Positions 47,710 through 61,177 are shown, counted from the whole stretch's first letter. The stretch: 63,714 bases of DNA, filler included, from Rhabdomonas costata (GCA_019059605.1; 23 parts of 23 records of this genome joined end to end with filler, not necessarily neighbours in it); one strand, 5' to 3'. The notes: generated by a model not told the origin, from the sequence alone. Program-made: numbers and translations.

Positions 47710-49429
47710 TTACGGGTTGAACTGTACTATTGGAGGGGGAGATTCCACCGTGGGTCCCTCCTCAGTGTACTCCGGGTCATGTACCTGCGGGGCGTCCGAT
47801 TCCGAATGCTTCCTCGGAAATTCCGCTGAAGGCATCTCCCTCATTGTCTGCTTTGGCACCCCAGAAATGTCATCATTATTTTGTGTGGGCCGGGTTCCTT
47901 CTTCCAGCTGCTCTGCGGCACGGACGTGGTTGTCCGTGCTGACGTCACCACGCCTTCCAATCTTGTACCACGGCATGCTGAAGAGCTGATCCATGCTCTC
48001 AAGGCTGGTTCCTGCGGTCTCTGGGACGAAGAAGAAGACCCATATCCCGCCAATGATGGTAACTGCCGCGAAGAGCCAGAAAGTACCATGGGGTGAGATG
48101 CCGCCTGCCCCAAAGGGCAGCAGCATATTTGGAAAGGCACGTGAACTTCCATACTGGTTGGCGAAATGGATGGTCATCGACAGCGAGGTGCACAGGGCAC
48201 GAATACGCAGCGGGAACAGCTCGGCCGTGAGCAAGTACTGCATGGAATTCCACCCCAGAGCCCAACCAAAGCCACAAATGAAAATCATGGCGATCGCACC
48301 CTGGGAAGGTCCCAGCTCGGTCGGGCTGAGCTTGTATGAGGAGTCCACGCCAAGCTGGGGAACTATTGTCAGGAAGATGGCCATATAGACCATGGACACA
48401 GCTTGCAGAGAGATGCCCACGAGGAGCGAGAGTTTGCGACCGACTACGTCAACCAAAAAGAGCGCACAAAGCAGGCCAGCGAAAAACTTGAGCAACCCAA
48501 AAACGGCAGTTACCAGCAAGGACTCATTGTTGCCAGATATGCCCAGCAGCTTGAACAGGTCAACGGCATAGATGGTAATGGAGCCCGCACCTGACCATTG
48601 CGCCAAAATATGCGCAAACACGGTAAGATGCAGCCGGTACAGGTTGTTTCGCACGGTGAAGGTTTGCTTCAAAACGCCCAACCAGCCATCGGCGGCGGAG
48701 GCCTCCATTTCAGCGTTGTGGCCCTGCACGATGGCTGCCATCTCGCTCGCCACATACGCGTGGTCAAACGGAAGTTTCCGAAGCCACGACATAGCAGCCG
48801 CAGCCTCTTCCAGGCGGCCACATTTGACAAAGTACCGTGGCGACTCGCACTGGAAAAATGAGAGCACAAAAATCAGCCCCGCAAACATGATGTGTAGGCT
48901 CGTGGGCACCATCCAACGAAGATGAGAGGTATCGCCCAAATTCAGTTCACAGCCGTAGTTGGTGAAGTAGGCCAGTACGATGCCGATGTAAACGAAGCCG
49001 GTAAAGAAACAGGTACACAGACCGCGAATGCTGGAAGGCGCTATTTCAGCGATGTACACAGGGCCCACCACAGTCGTCTGGCCGATGCCCAGGCCCGCAA
49101 TAAAACGCCCAGCGTACATCATTGCTAGGTTGCTGTTGGACCCAAGGAAGAGGGCGATGCCAAGGACCCAGAGAGCACAGAGCTGGCGCGTGGCCCAGAG
49201 ACGCCCGATCCGATCGCAAAAGAGAAACGCCAGTAAGGCGCCGCCCACCGACCCGATGAGCACCATAGAGGACATAGTGGCCTTGATGTTTGTGTGCTCA
49301 ATCCTGCTGTACGAGCTCAGGTGTATTTCTCTCTGGAAGTCTTCGCTCATGAAAACCCCACTGATGAGGCCTTCGTCAATGCCGCGGGAAGCGCCCATCA
49401 GAGCAAAGGACAGCACAGCGAACCACAAT
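47710..49429 (-). CDS. MFS sugar-porter family transporter, fungal quinate-permease-like; single 1.7-kb exon, true start unresolved
   Basis: 595-aa ORF with about 12 TM segments and sugar-porter motifs DRIGR, GRFIAGLGIG, YIAEIAP..IRG, ESPRY, QWSG, VDVVGRK, ELFPLRIRA and PETAGTSLE. A pyrimidine-rich AG acceptor lies at 49430-49431, just before LWFAV. Confidence 0.95.
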
Positions 49430-52400
49430 CTGAAGTTAAACAGTAGATAAAAGTAAACGTAGAGTAAAAGTAAACTGTAGATACGAGCAATACACAACTA
49501 TGCCCTTCAAATCCAGCATTACAACACAAATTCCAAAGCATACTTTTCGAACTGGGAAATATCACCTGCGACGAAAAACGCCAACGGTAGAGTACAGAGC
49601 AAAAGAAAGTTAGGCAATAAGTTCAACGGGGCACACGCAAACTTGCAAACCTCGCTGCCGGTGCACTGGAATCCACCCGACAGCATCCACCATTGCCTGC
49701 AAACATGGGCCCGCAGGCGGGGCGGAAAGTCTAGCAAGGGCTTGATGTCTCGTGTCGCCGGCCCGCACAGCCGAACCACGGCCACCCCGCACAAATCTTC
49801 CGAACATTGCACCAAGGCGTTGATGAAGTGGGTTGTCCCAATCATCACAGCTACCAACACAAACCCNNNNNNNNNNNNNNNNNNNNNNNNNNNNNNNNNN
49901 NNNNNNNNNNTTAATTAATTAANNNNNNNNNNNNNNNNNNNNNNNNNNNNNNNNNNNNNNNNNNNNGGTTTGTGGTGGGTAACTCCAAACCACAACACTA
50001 GTTTTGGTCTCGGAGGGCTATTCAAGCCACTGGGGAGCAGGAAGTAGTGCAGAAAGCGTGCATGGTGCCACTGCGAGTACCCGGGGCATGCGTGGTTTTC
50101 CGGGTTTCATTGTTATTTTCGTTTTATTCAGCCCCCAGGGTAAGTTGATTCCAATGGAACGAATGATCTGATGTGCGTGTGGTCATAAAGCGGGTAAAGT
50201 ATGCCTCCCCTCCCCTCCCACTCTTCCTGAGAATCGTTCGCTTCTGTCAGCTGAGATCACCACGATCAGGGAATTTGGGAACGGAGAAAAAAGAAAAGTT
50301 GCAGAATACCACAGTTTCCATATCCGATTTGTGAGGTGATAGGCTTGGCACGCTCCAATCGTCCTCAAAGCGCAACGCTCGCCCCCCCCCCGGTCCAACA
50401 GAGCACTCAACAAAACAGAGCCACCGCCACCATCCCAGCGAACACACCCGGGAAGACCATGTCGTCACCATGTATGAGGCGCTGGCGGGAATCACCGGGA
50501 GCTTTTTCGGCGAGCACTTGGGGCTTTGAGACGACCCCCCCGGCTTCTCTGAGGCACCCGCAGGCAGCGGTCTTATGGAGAAGCAGTCCGGCACGGGCAC
50601 GCGGCCGTTCCCGCTGCCCGCAGCGGCACTGGGAGGCTGAGGGACCAGCATTGTATTGCCGGTCTGGGGCCGAGGGTGCCACATGCAGAACACCACAGAC
50701 CCCCCGCTGTCCGGACGACCCAACAACCGAAGGCAAAAACCCGTACCCGCAAAAGTTTAACGTTTAACACCCCTCCTTATCCGATCTCTCTCAGGAATCA
50801 AACCGCGCCACTTCGCATTTGACGAAAAACTAATGAAAAAGTGGACAAAAATCAAGCTGTCGGATGCAAAGCCTCGCCAAACGCTGGTTTCATGTGTTCA
50901 TGTGAAAGAAGACTGTGTTGCTGATTGCTGAGTGCACGAGATAAAGGAGTTTCGCGGGCGATTGGGCGATTGGGTAAGCGAAGATGGTCGGACGTTGGGT
51001 TTTTTGAATAAGACCGACTGGTTGATCGAAACTCTGGTGGAGGTGTCCCTCATTTTACATAGACAGTGCGGGTTTCATCTCCCCCCCCCCTTGTTGCGAC
51101 AAGCATCACAACCGTACGAACTCAGCTTAAATTCATTCATTGAATGAAGCAAATAAGTGAAATGTGATCAACGGATCAACGGCAGGTGGCCCTAGCCAAT
51201 GTAAGAATGTGGACCGCGTTATCTCAAAGCCTGCCACGTACACAAGCACAGGAACATACCGCAGAGTGGGGTTGGGACCGACAACGCAGACACGCCGGGC
51301 AACGGCAGGGTTGCATTAGCAGAAATACTACACGAGCAAAAAGAAAGCACAGCCAAAGGCACTGCACCGAAAACAAGGAAACACCAACGCTCTCGGACGG
51401 CGGAGGGTTCCGCCATAGGAACCGGCAGGAACCATTTCACTTTGCGGAAAAAGCTAAGCTACTCTTCGGAACTGATTTTCATTCCATCAGATCTGGAAGA
51501 TGGAACAATGCAACGGGTTTCCATGGCGAATATTGACCTTCTGTAATAATGCTGTCCCAGCGCAACCGCCACGTTCCAAAAACACCGGTATCACCAACGT
51601 TTAGCGCTCCCTCCCCCAATTCGATTTCAGTAATATCTCCTGTTTACAAAATAAAAAGGGTTGCCGAACTTGACAATATGCTTTGTTTGGGGGGACAAGG
51701 TGTACCACAGCAAACGGCATTCACGTGCAAGGCCATCTCAGCAAGGAAAAACCACACGTGCAGGGAGTGGAGCGGATTCAACAGGCAACGGGGAAATGGT
51801 GAGGCTTCGCACCGAACAAAAGAAGATCTATCCACATTCGCCGATAAATCGATTTGTGTGCCGTCGTAGTTAAAGCCACACATCTGGGAATGGCCAGAAT
51901 GACCGCGATGCATCTCATTCAGGAGGAGCCGAGGCATAAAAACCTTCCTCCACAGCACCGATGAGATAATTAAAAACTAAAGGAGCCCACAACGTTAACT
52001 AGGGGCGGGACGAGTTCAATGATGACCACACAAACTTCCACTGTCCACCTTTCCATTCCCAGAGAGACATGCAGGATCAACCAGATCAAACTGCCTGATT
52101 TGAAAAGGAGACGAACCAAAAAGAAACATGGCACGCAGGAGCGGAGGATGCCAAGATACAGGATTGGTTTCCTGGGAAACCACCGAGACACGGAAAGCAA
52201 AAAAATGAGCAAAAACCACAGAAGAAAAGAGAAGACGAATGTATCATGACACCCCCCTGCAGCAGCCGCCGCTGCAGCAGAAGAATGGGATTGATGAGCA
52301 CCGGTCCCCATTCCAGGCAGCAGCCTCGACATGGTGGGCTGGAAAAGCCCGAGTACAGAACACCAATCCAACGAAACGCATCCAATAATGAATGTGTGGA

Positions 52401-52744
52401 AGCGCGTCGGACCCTCCTGTAGTTCCATCCTGCCAGGTCTCGGCGAGGAAACTTCCCTCTTCCAGCCACTGGCACCCAGTGAACGAACCGGCAAACCTCA
52501 AAGCCCCATGACCACACTATCCCTCACTCCTCAGGGATTCCATCGCACATCTCCACCACCAGCTGGTACACCCGGCGGCTCACCCCCTTGGGCAGCTCCA
52601 TTCTCATCTCCCCACACACCCAACCACACCCACCACANNNNNNNNNNNNNNNNNNNNNNNNNNNNNNNNNNNNNNNNNNNNTTAATTAATTAANNNNNNN
52701 NNNNNNNNNNNNNNNNNNNNNNNNNNNNNNNNNNNNNTGTTGTT

Positions 52745-52951
52745 TTTCTAGCTTCTCTGGAACAGAGCTTGATGTATGCCTTTACTTTCTGCAACCACCA
52801 AACACAGGGAACTTCTTTAGATGAGGGTTGCATTGTGGCAGTTCCACTTGTGACGTGTCCTTTCGGGTTCCCGTTCTAAAGAAGTTCCCTGTGTTTGGTG
52901 GTTGCAGAAAGTAAAGGCATACATCAAGCTCTGTTCCAGAGAAGCTAGAAA
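52745..52951. repeat. Perfect inverted repeat (fold-back) at contig start; 77-bp arms, 53-nt loop
   Basis: 52745-52821 is the reverse complement of 52875-52951. Confidence 0.95.
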
Positions 52952-54268
52952 GCCAAGAACAAAGACCCGTTAACACGATCGGGTTCCCTGCCAGTGCCAA
53001 ACCCAGCGTTTGCAGTGTACGGCCTGCACCTCCACAGTGTCAGTGCCCCGCCCAACCGGCCCTCCGCAGCTGCCTAAGGCAGTACCACAGCACCTCCGAC
53101 ATCTCTCTGAGCTTCTACCCGGACACCCTCTCGGCGGTGTCATCCATCAGCGTCCCGGAGCCGGAGATTCCAAAGCGGTGCTCCGGCAAACCCAGGGTCC
53201 GGTTTCAAATGGACGAGATGATGCCCCGCCTCAACCCCAGCCCCACACCCGAGAAGGGAACAACCCGCCACAAAAGGTGTGTGTGCAAATGAACTTTCAC
53301 TCATGTACTTTCGTTCTCGCCTTCTGTTTCAGCACCCGTCATTCATGGTTTTTGCGATCAGAAGTGCACCGACCAGAAGACAAGATGAAAGGTGCCATTT
53401 CAAGATACAGCTGTGCCGTATCAAAACCTGCGCAGAGCATGGCACAAACTTTTTTGCTTCTTTGCTTCTTTTTGAAAAAGTGTGTAAAGCCGGACACCAT
53501 GGTTTCACCGAGGAGAGGACGACGCTTCATGTGTTTCATTGCCTTTTGCAGGATGGCTTCGCTGAAGGGGTTCCTGGTTCGTGTGCTGATGGTTTGTCGG
53601 GCGAACTGATGAAGCTCGCCCTTACCTAACGTTCTGCGTGTAAACGATCTCGACCCACCGTTGGTTGGTACGTTGGTGTGTTGGTGCTGATTACTCCTGC
53701 ACGCCAATGTTTCAGCTGGACTCTCGATGCGAATCCTCTGCCCACAACCTTGTGGCAGAGCTTTCTCTGCTTGAATGCGTTGATTTTCTTCTCTTTTTTC
53801 TCTCTACTTTTTCGCTAACCTTTTTTTCCAGCTTCCGAGCTTTGAGAGGGAAATCAGGGGGAGGGTGATTGCTTGCCAATGAGCTTGGCTTTTTCATTGC
53901 CCATGATAACAGAACGGTTCGCCGTGCTGTTATTTTTTTGCTTGTCATGTTTGCGTTTATTTTGGGAGAGGTGACCACTGTAAACTTGTTCACCAATGGC
54001 ATTCCCCTTCACGGCACTCTTTGTTTCTGTGAAACCGGTTTAGCTGGGGAAAGTCACTTCCTTTTCGGTCTTTCGGGACGCAAATCCAAAGCATTTTGTC
54101 TTTTTTTTAGCTGGACCTGCCCAGAGCACGTCTCTCGTTCACCGTTCTTTTTTTTGTGACAGTTCTGTGCGGAGGATTCTTGACGCTGAACAAACTGACC
54201 CCTTTTGATTTTCCTTTTTCCCTCCCCCTCATTCGTTTAGATGATTTTTTTGTCGCCTGGTGGCTGGC

Positions 54269-54468
54269 ATGTGTTTTGGTCTTTTTAGGGGCCCCCGCGG
54301 CTTGTCCTTTGTAGTGGGTTTTTGCTTTGCTTGCGGGGTTGCATTGGGTTACTTTGTTTTTGTTGATTCTGACGTGAGCTTTCGTCGCCTACCTGTTTAC
54401 GCAGCTGCTCCACATTCTCCTCCGCCTCCTCCAGCTCGCCTCATCCCAAACATAATTATCAAGCAGAG
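54269..54468 (+). CDS. Possible first exon of a type II membrane glycosyltransferase (GT32/DXD-like)
   Basis: ATG, a hydrophobic anchor (LSFVVGFCFACGVALGYFVFV), a Pro-rich stem, then IPNIIIKQ (compare IPxxIHQ), followed by a strong donor GTGAGT. Downstream exons not identified. Confidence 0.3.
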
Positions 54469-55298
54469 GTGAGTCTTGTATTCGCCACACCAATCTTTCA
54501 ATATCCGGGATACAGAGGCTGCGTTGATTTTGGTGCTCTACTCTAACGGTACGGCACAATGATGGTATCTTGTGGTACCTTGGAATGTCTGCACACGATA
54601 CCGTGGGTCAAGTGCGCTTGTTGGTCGCTGATTGCTTTGGTTTCTGCGACGACAGAGCTTTCAGAGTTCACCCGTATTGTGGGCCGTAATTGAGAAACCA
54701 ACACGATTTTTGCGCACTGGATTACAATGGCTTCCAATTTCGCCACATGATGCTACCCTCTCTTGCAGGGATTACGGTGCGTCTGTAATGCCTTGCATTG
54801 CATGATGTTCTGACCTGCTGGTCTTTTCTGGTTGCGTTGGGTGTTATTGAGGAAACAGTTGGAGAACAGTGCTGCTTCGGTCGATGGCTGGGCGCCTTGG
54901 CTGGGACCCTGAATATGGAACAAGCGCGCCCCCTGGCGCTGGTTATCTCGCGAACGCGCATGGCTCCCGATTGCCATCCACGAGCCTTCCCTCAGTTGTC
55001 GCATCCACTTCCGCTGGGGAGCGGGGCACCCCTACATCCAGCTGCAGCGGTTCCCTCTCAGGAGGAGTCCTCGCAACCTCAGAGTACCAAGATCCGCATT
55101 TTGTAATCGTACCGGTTCATGCTGATCACAATCGCCACACCAAGCTGCTTTCCAAGGGAAGGTTGCCGTCAGGGTGGCACAATACCCCAACATGCAAGAG
55201 CAGGGGCTTCAAAGGCGGGTGATAATATGGGAAGCAAGTTAGATTACAGCGGAGTAAATGAGTTCCTGTCTGAACGCTTCCTAGGGACCTGGGGTGCT

Positions 55299-55402
55299 GT
55301 GGTACGCTTAAGTTAAGTAAGATGGAGATTAGCCTCTGAGCTCCAAAATTGACAATGGAGCTCAGAGGCTAATCTCCATCTTACTTAACTTAAGCGTACC
55401 AC
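55299..55402. repeat. Perfect inverted repeat (fold-back) at contig end; 47-bp arms, 10-nt loop
   Basis: 55299-55345 is the reverse complement of 55356-55402. Confidence 0.95.
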
Positions 55403-56324
55403 CACACNNNNNNNNNNNNNNNNNNNNNNNNNNNNNNNNNNNNNNNNNNNNTTAATTAATTAANNNNNNNNNNNNNNNNNNNNNNNNNNNNNNNNNNNNN
55501 NNNNNNNCGGACCGGAGACCTAACATTGACCTCAGAACTCGAGATAGAGTGACGGGTTGGGGCTCATATTTGTTGGTATGGTAGTACTCCTGAGATGAAC
55601 TGCCCGGAGAACTTGCTGACGTGTGTGTTTGTGTGTGTGTGACGACGACGACGATGACGACGATGTATGAGTAACGACCGCTACACGCCTCCAAGTTAGA
55701 TAGCGCCTAAACGGCAGCGAGGGGGTCCTGAGGGGATCACCATACAGCAGCCCGAAACAACACCCGGACCCGGGCATGGTGTTCAAAGGCAAGCGAGGCG
55801 AAACAAGCAGTTACCAAGAAGCGATGAACCCTCGCAAACGAGTTTCGATGACGCAATGCAGGACGCGAATACCCAAGCCCGCATCTCTCTCACGCACAAA
55901 CTCCTCCCCACGTGATGAGCATGATAGAAACCCTGTGAGCCCTGTCTTTTGGCTGTGTGCTTCGTTTTTGTGGTTGCGTCTTTGTTGCCCCCGGTAAAAG
56001 CCGAAGTTTTCAGAGAAAAGTAAATTATGGTTGCGCCAAGCTGAGCAAACCAAGTTCCCCCCACATGAGCAGTCATTGTTGATAACCCGTCAGATTTTAC
56101 ACTGAAGAAGTTCCTCCGCGAACTTTTCGAGAGATGCTCCAGAAGATGAGTGAACGAAGAAGAAGTGAAGAAGCTTCCTTCCTTCCTTCCTTCCTTCCTT
56201 CCCGTTCTCGAAGCATCAAGGCGAGAACGTCCGCCCTGAGCAAGGTCGAGACCAGCACATACTTCAGATCGGGAGTGCCCCTGTGGCCCCTGTGGCCTGT
56301 GGCCTCCTGTGCTGCTGCTCGCAG

Positions 56325-57521
56325 GCCTTCCGTGACAAGGACAGCGCGATGTACGTCTTTGTGGTGTCGACGTACGGCAGCGGGGAGATGCCGCAGCGCG
56401 CGGCGAAGTTCTTCCGGTCCCTCGAGAGCACTTCCCCGGACCTCACTGGGGTGCGGTACAGCGTGTTTGGGCTGGGCAACTCCAGCTTCGAGGAGTTCAA
56501 CAACGCCAGCAAGACCCTGGACAGGACCCTGGAGCGGCTCAAGGCGTGTGTGTGTGTGTGTGTGTCTGTGTGCGGCTCACTGTCCGAGACTTTGTCTCGT
56601 GGGTATGTAGAGTTGGCCACAAAGCAGAGGCCGACCCCAGAGGTGCAAAGCCCTGCCTTCGCTGTCGGCTCTTTGCGAGTTCCGGCAAGATGTGTGTTTT
56701 GTTGTGATTTGTGTTTGAGCTCAATGAACGACATCTGTTCCCATTCCCTGGCTTGAGCCTCGGCTCCTCAGGATTTTTGCGGCGGGTGGCGGTGGTCGTG
56801 TGCAGGCCTCGAGGATCCACCCCCTTGGGCTGGGCGACGAGCGCGCCAGCGAGGGCCACCAGTCCGCCCTGGAGCCGTGGATGCGCAGCCTATGGGGCAC
56901 TGTGGGCTCGACGTCGGGCCAGGGGTCGATCAGTTTGCCGTGCACCGTGGAGGTGGGGCTTCATCTCTTTATCTCGCCCTCTGTACTCTCTCTACTGCTA
57001 CTCCCTTCAGCAGACTCCTCTGCTACGCCTGTTAACCCAACTGCAAGCCTTCACCAGTTCGATTGGGATTCAAGGTTGATGTGTATGTGCTGTTTGGTGA
57101 CGGCGTCGTAGCAAATAAATGGAACAAAACCCCCTTCAAAAGCTGTCAGCTGATACGCAACATCTGCTGCTTTTCCGTGGAACCTTCGAATTTTGTCTTT
57201 CTTTGCTGGCCACGTCTCTCTTCTGTGCTTCGCTCTTCTCGCAAGAGTACGATTGTGGTTGTGGCCGTGTTGCAGATCAGTGTGGCGCCGGCCTCGCAGG
57301 CCAGCCAGGGCGTGCCTGTGCCGGAGGGCTTCCAGGCCGTGTCTGTGGTGGGCAGCCGGCTGCTGACCCCGGTGGAGTCGCCTCGGCAGGCGTTCTGCGT
57401 CAGCCTGCGGACGGCGGGGAAGCTGCGGCTTGGGGTGCTGGACCACGTGCTGGTGCAGCCCCACAACAGCCCGGAGCTGGTGCAGCGGATGCTGCGGCGA
57501 CTGGGGCTGCAGGGCAAGCAG
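56325..57521 (+). CDS. Diflavin (CPR/CysJ-type) reductase module: flavodoxin domain plus start of FAD domain; exons 56325-56543, 56806-56952, 57276-57521
   Basis: FVVSTYGSGEMP, YSVFGLGNSSFEEFN, L.ASRIHPLGLGDE...W...LW, and DHVLVQPHNSPELV (compare GDHxxxxPxN). The first intron must be GC-AG to keep frame. Confidence 0.88.
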
Positions 57522-58276
57522 GTGGCTGTTGTGGGTTGGGCCTCTCTTCGCCGGGAGGGAGGGATCGCTTTTCTTCTTGTGTGTGATTGGGTCCTTTTCT
57601 TTGATGCGCATAGGAATGAATGCTAGCATTCTGCAGTGGGATCTTCTTCGACAAAACCTGTAAACTTTTGTGAAGTCTTTCATCGTGTTGTCTTCTTTTT
57701 TTCCGGCTCGCCCCACCGTTGCACGGTGATGTGCTGAAGTTGGGTTGAGGATCCCTGAGCTGGAGAGCTGGAGCAAGGCAGGATTTATCATAAAGTGTGG
57801 GAAGCCAGTGAAAACAGAGAAGGAGGACCAGGGCGTTGTTATCACCAGGAGTACAACTCGAGTCACTTAGTCGGTGAAGCCTGTATGAGGTGGAAGCCTA
57901 CTGAGATCCTGAATCCCGTATCCGGCTCTGCCTGGGATGTCGCCACGCGCTTTTTGGACCTGATACAATGACCAAGATATATGGCATGAGGCAGAAGACG
58001 TTACGAATAGGCGAAAATCCAGAGTAAGGCGAACCCAGAAAGGTGGAGTGGCGTAAAACTGCAGGAAAATCCGCCCCTGGAGTCTCCCATGGACCGCCCA
58101 GCGACAGGGGTGGGAGATCCGCAAAGCTGGAGAATATTCCAAAACCCGCCGGAGGAAGAGAGACCTACACAACAACNNNNNNNNNNNNNNNNNNNNNNNN
58201 NNNNNNNNNNNNNNNNNNNNTTAATTAATTAANNNNNNNNNNNNNNNNNNNNNNNNNNNNNNNNNNNNNNNNNNNN

Positions 58277-58663
58277 AGTGAAACGCCGGGGCTGGGGCAG
58301 CAACAGGGGTGTCGTAGAGCAGCACCCTCTGCACTTGCGGAAGCTGGCCCTGAAGCTGTAGTAAGATGTAAACAGTTTTCAGTAGCCGAAGAAAGGTACC
58401 GGGATTCTGCGAGGGAATTCCCCAATTTCGATTCGCTCGAATCCGCAGTATTCCTCTACTATGTGGGGGACTGGCATAGTGTAGACTTGAGAACATTGGG
58501 CGCTTTCCTATTGATGATAGCCGGCACAGACCAGAAAAAGGGAGGAAACGAAAGAGGCCCACACGAAAAAACCTTCTGCAGCTTCTCCAGCTGTGCCGGA
58601 ACATTCTCCACAACAACCGTCTGTGTGTCGGAGTGCTCGATAATGTAGCGGCATGCCTCCGCG
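58277..58663 (-). CDS. Long-chain fatty acyl-CoA ligase (ACSBG/bubblegum-like), internal exons 58663-58573 and 58355-~58285
   Basis: SAEACRYIIEHSDTQTVVVENVPAQLEKLQK|LQGQLPQVQRVLLY matches the SxEACxYxxxHS...VVEN..QLxK....LPxLxxIvxY segment of this family. Confidence 0.75.
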
Positions 58664-59329
58664 CTGGCGGGCACACAAAACCACACAGCTTTCCCCACAC
58701 AACACAAAATCTACACCGTAAACGCAATTTCGTATGTTGTCCAGAGTCCAGGATCCAATATCAGCAGCATGGTTCATGGAGTACAGTTGCAATACAATCC
58801 AACATCTGGGCAAGCGCTTACAGAGGGCACGTTACACGATGGTGAAAGGCCTGTGTACAGCTAACCTGGGAACAAGGGGGTGGCATATGGGCAGGGCGGA
58901 AGTTGACCTCTGCTTCCAGGCGGATTTTCGAGCGAGGCGGCACCTTACTCTGCACAGAGGGCTCACCTAGCGCGGGCTGAGTGCCGGGTCCCCGAGCACA
59001 TTCATTTAGGTTTAGGCTTTGCCTGTGGCGCTCCACTTGAGACCCAGAATGCGGTCCAGAATAAAGAACGAATAGCCGTGACTCCGGAGTCCTGGCCTGG
59101 CCTGTGCCTTGGTGGCTGTACCTACCTACATTTTGTCGGTCGGCATCCTCCTCTGCTAAGAGGTGTAGCAGATAATTCCAGCTTAAGCAGAGTATGAGTC
59201 AATGGTGGAAAGAAATGGTGGGAGGTAGTATCGATGAGAGTCAACGGAGGGGACAAGGGCATGCTGGGACGCCTTTCGGTGCTCAGTAAAAACAGGAAAG
59301 GATTGGGTCCGAATAAAAACGCAAGGAAT

Positions 59330-59700
59330 CAAGAAACCCTAGTCAAGAACGCTCTCAGGGTGATTCTTGGAATGCACTTCCTCTTCCGTGAAAACACGCC
59401 CAAGCGCACCACAGCGCATACCAGAACCAAACAGCAGCAGAAAGTCGGGGTGGTACCACGTGAAGCTGTCGGAGGCTCTGGAGTGGGAGTGGTAGGCCAC
59501 CGGTGCGGAACACTTATTGTCGGAAAAGTTCAAGCAGGTCGTCCCCCTAAAAGTGATGTCCAACCGCACCCACAAAACCGCGGATTGAGCCCTAGCCTAG
59601 AGCTAAAAGTCGGCAGTAGGCAAAACTGTGCTTCTGAGAAAGCACTGGATGCTAACGAAGAAGTTTGCCACAGTCCCCTGCGCGAGAGTTCGACCCGCAC
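59330..59700 (-). mobile_element. Decayed tyrosine-recombinase fragment (DIRS/Ngaro/VIPER-like element), probably intronic
   Basis: LAQGTVANFFVSIQCFLRSTVLPTAD (core-binding-like), then FLLLFGSGMRCGALGRV (box I, LLxxxGxR). Interrupted by stops. Confidence 0.4.
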
Positions 59701-61177
59701 CGAGGTTTACAAGACGACCAGACTACCGCCTACCACACACCCGCCAATTCCGCGCGGATAGAGAAAGAGACCACTGGGAAACCGCTGCAATGCTACACAG
59801 CGGCATGCAGAAGGACGTACCCCCCCCCCATTTCCGCCCGACCAGAGTACGAAGGGCATGAAACAACAGGGAGGGAAAAAGAGGGCCTTGCATATCTCTC
59901 CACATCCCATCATCCTACAAAGGAATCATCCTCCGGAGGAAAGGTTTCTCACTGGAGATCCCCTCTCCCAATCAAGATTAGTTTTGCGCAGGTCAAGGCC
60001 AGGTACGGAAGCACCAAGGAGAACCGAGCTTCAGAGGGAGCCACCACCAACCCACCACGCCTCCGAACTATTCGACTGTGGGCTCCGTTTTGCCCCCAAA
60101 AAGTATTCCCACGGGTCACTGGCTTCAAACCAGAGCAACGGGAATATGACACTCGGCGACCCCTTATTTGGGCGAAGTCCCTGATAACTTTGGGCCATGG
60201 ACCTAAGGCAGTATACTGTGAAAGCGTTGAACCCGTTTGCACGATTGCTAAACTTGCTTGCTCAACTGCTTGCTTCGTTCACAGAAACAGAATGAATTCG
60301 GCGCAACTCAAACATGCTCAAACTTGCTCACTTGGGGTTACCTTTAAAGCACCCCATACATAATAACCAACTTAGCTCCAGACCCCAAGAGTCTCTGTCG
60401 TTCATCGGAACACTGCCAGCCCACCACAACCACCAGCATCAGCAGCAGTCGAAGGCTTATCTGTGAGGTGGGAAACCGTTTCTCTTTGCATCACACCCAT
60501 CCACTTTGGGTAGTACCTAATGACGTGATGTGATGCACTGCGTAAAAAGAACGGTGCTGTGAACCAGCCTGAGAGGAGGCCTGAAGGCCCCAAATTTCCG
60601 ACAGAAGGTGACGCGGCGTCATACACACACACACACACACACACACCGGAGTATGCACCCAGCCTGCGACAAAGCGGCTCTTATACTTCCGGTCCAGATC
60701 GACGAGGTCGGTAAGGCTGGTGCCAGTCGAGGAGGACAACATGGAGGGGGCTTGAGAAGTCGCCGCGGTCCCCGTGGATCTGCCCGTCACGCCTATTGAA
60801 GAGGGGGCACCGAAAAGCGTCACGACAGCCCATTTGTCGGGGCTGGAGGGAGGGCACATATATGATCGCTGGAGGCCCAGCTTACAAACTGAAATATCAC
60901 TGCTAAATCTGAAATGAAAACGCAAGCAACACCTCAAAAACAAACNNNNNNNNNNNNNNNNNNNNNNNNNNNNNNNNNNNNNNNNNNNNTTAATTAATTA
61001 ANNNNNNNNNNNNNNNNNNNNNNNNNNNNNNNNNNNNNNNNNNNNGTTTTGTGGTGGATTTCTGGTCTATTCAACCAGCCTTTCTTCCTGTCTGGCACAC
61101 ATTTTCAGGCCATCATTTGTTTCCTCCGAATTCTCAGTGACCTCAGAGAATTACCTATTTGCACCCATTTGTTGCAG

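Noticed and set aside
2679-61045. Regularly spaced TTAATTAATTAA repeat as a CRISPR-like or biological periodic element
   Set aside because: It is always embedded in N44 blocks and is a six-frame stop linker added during concatenation.
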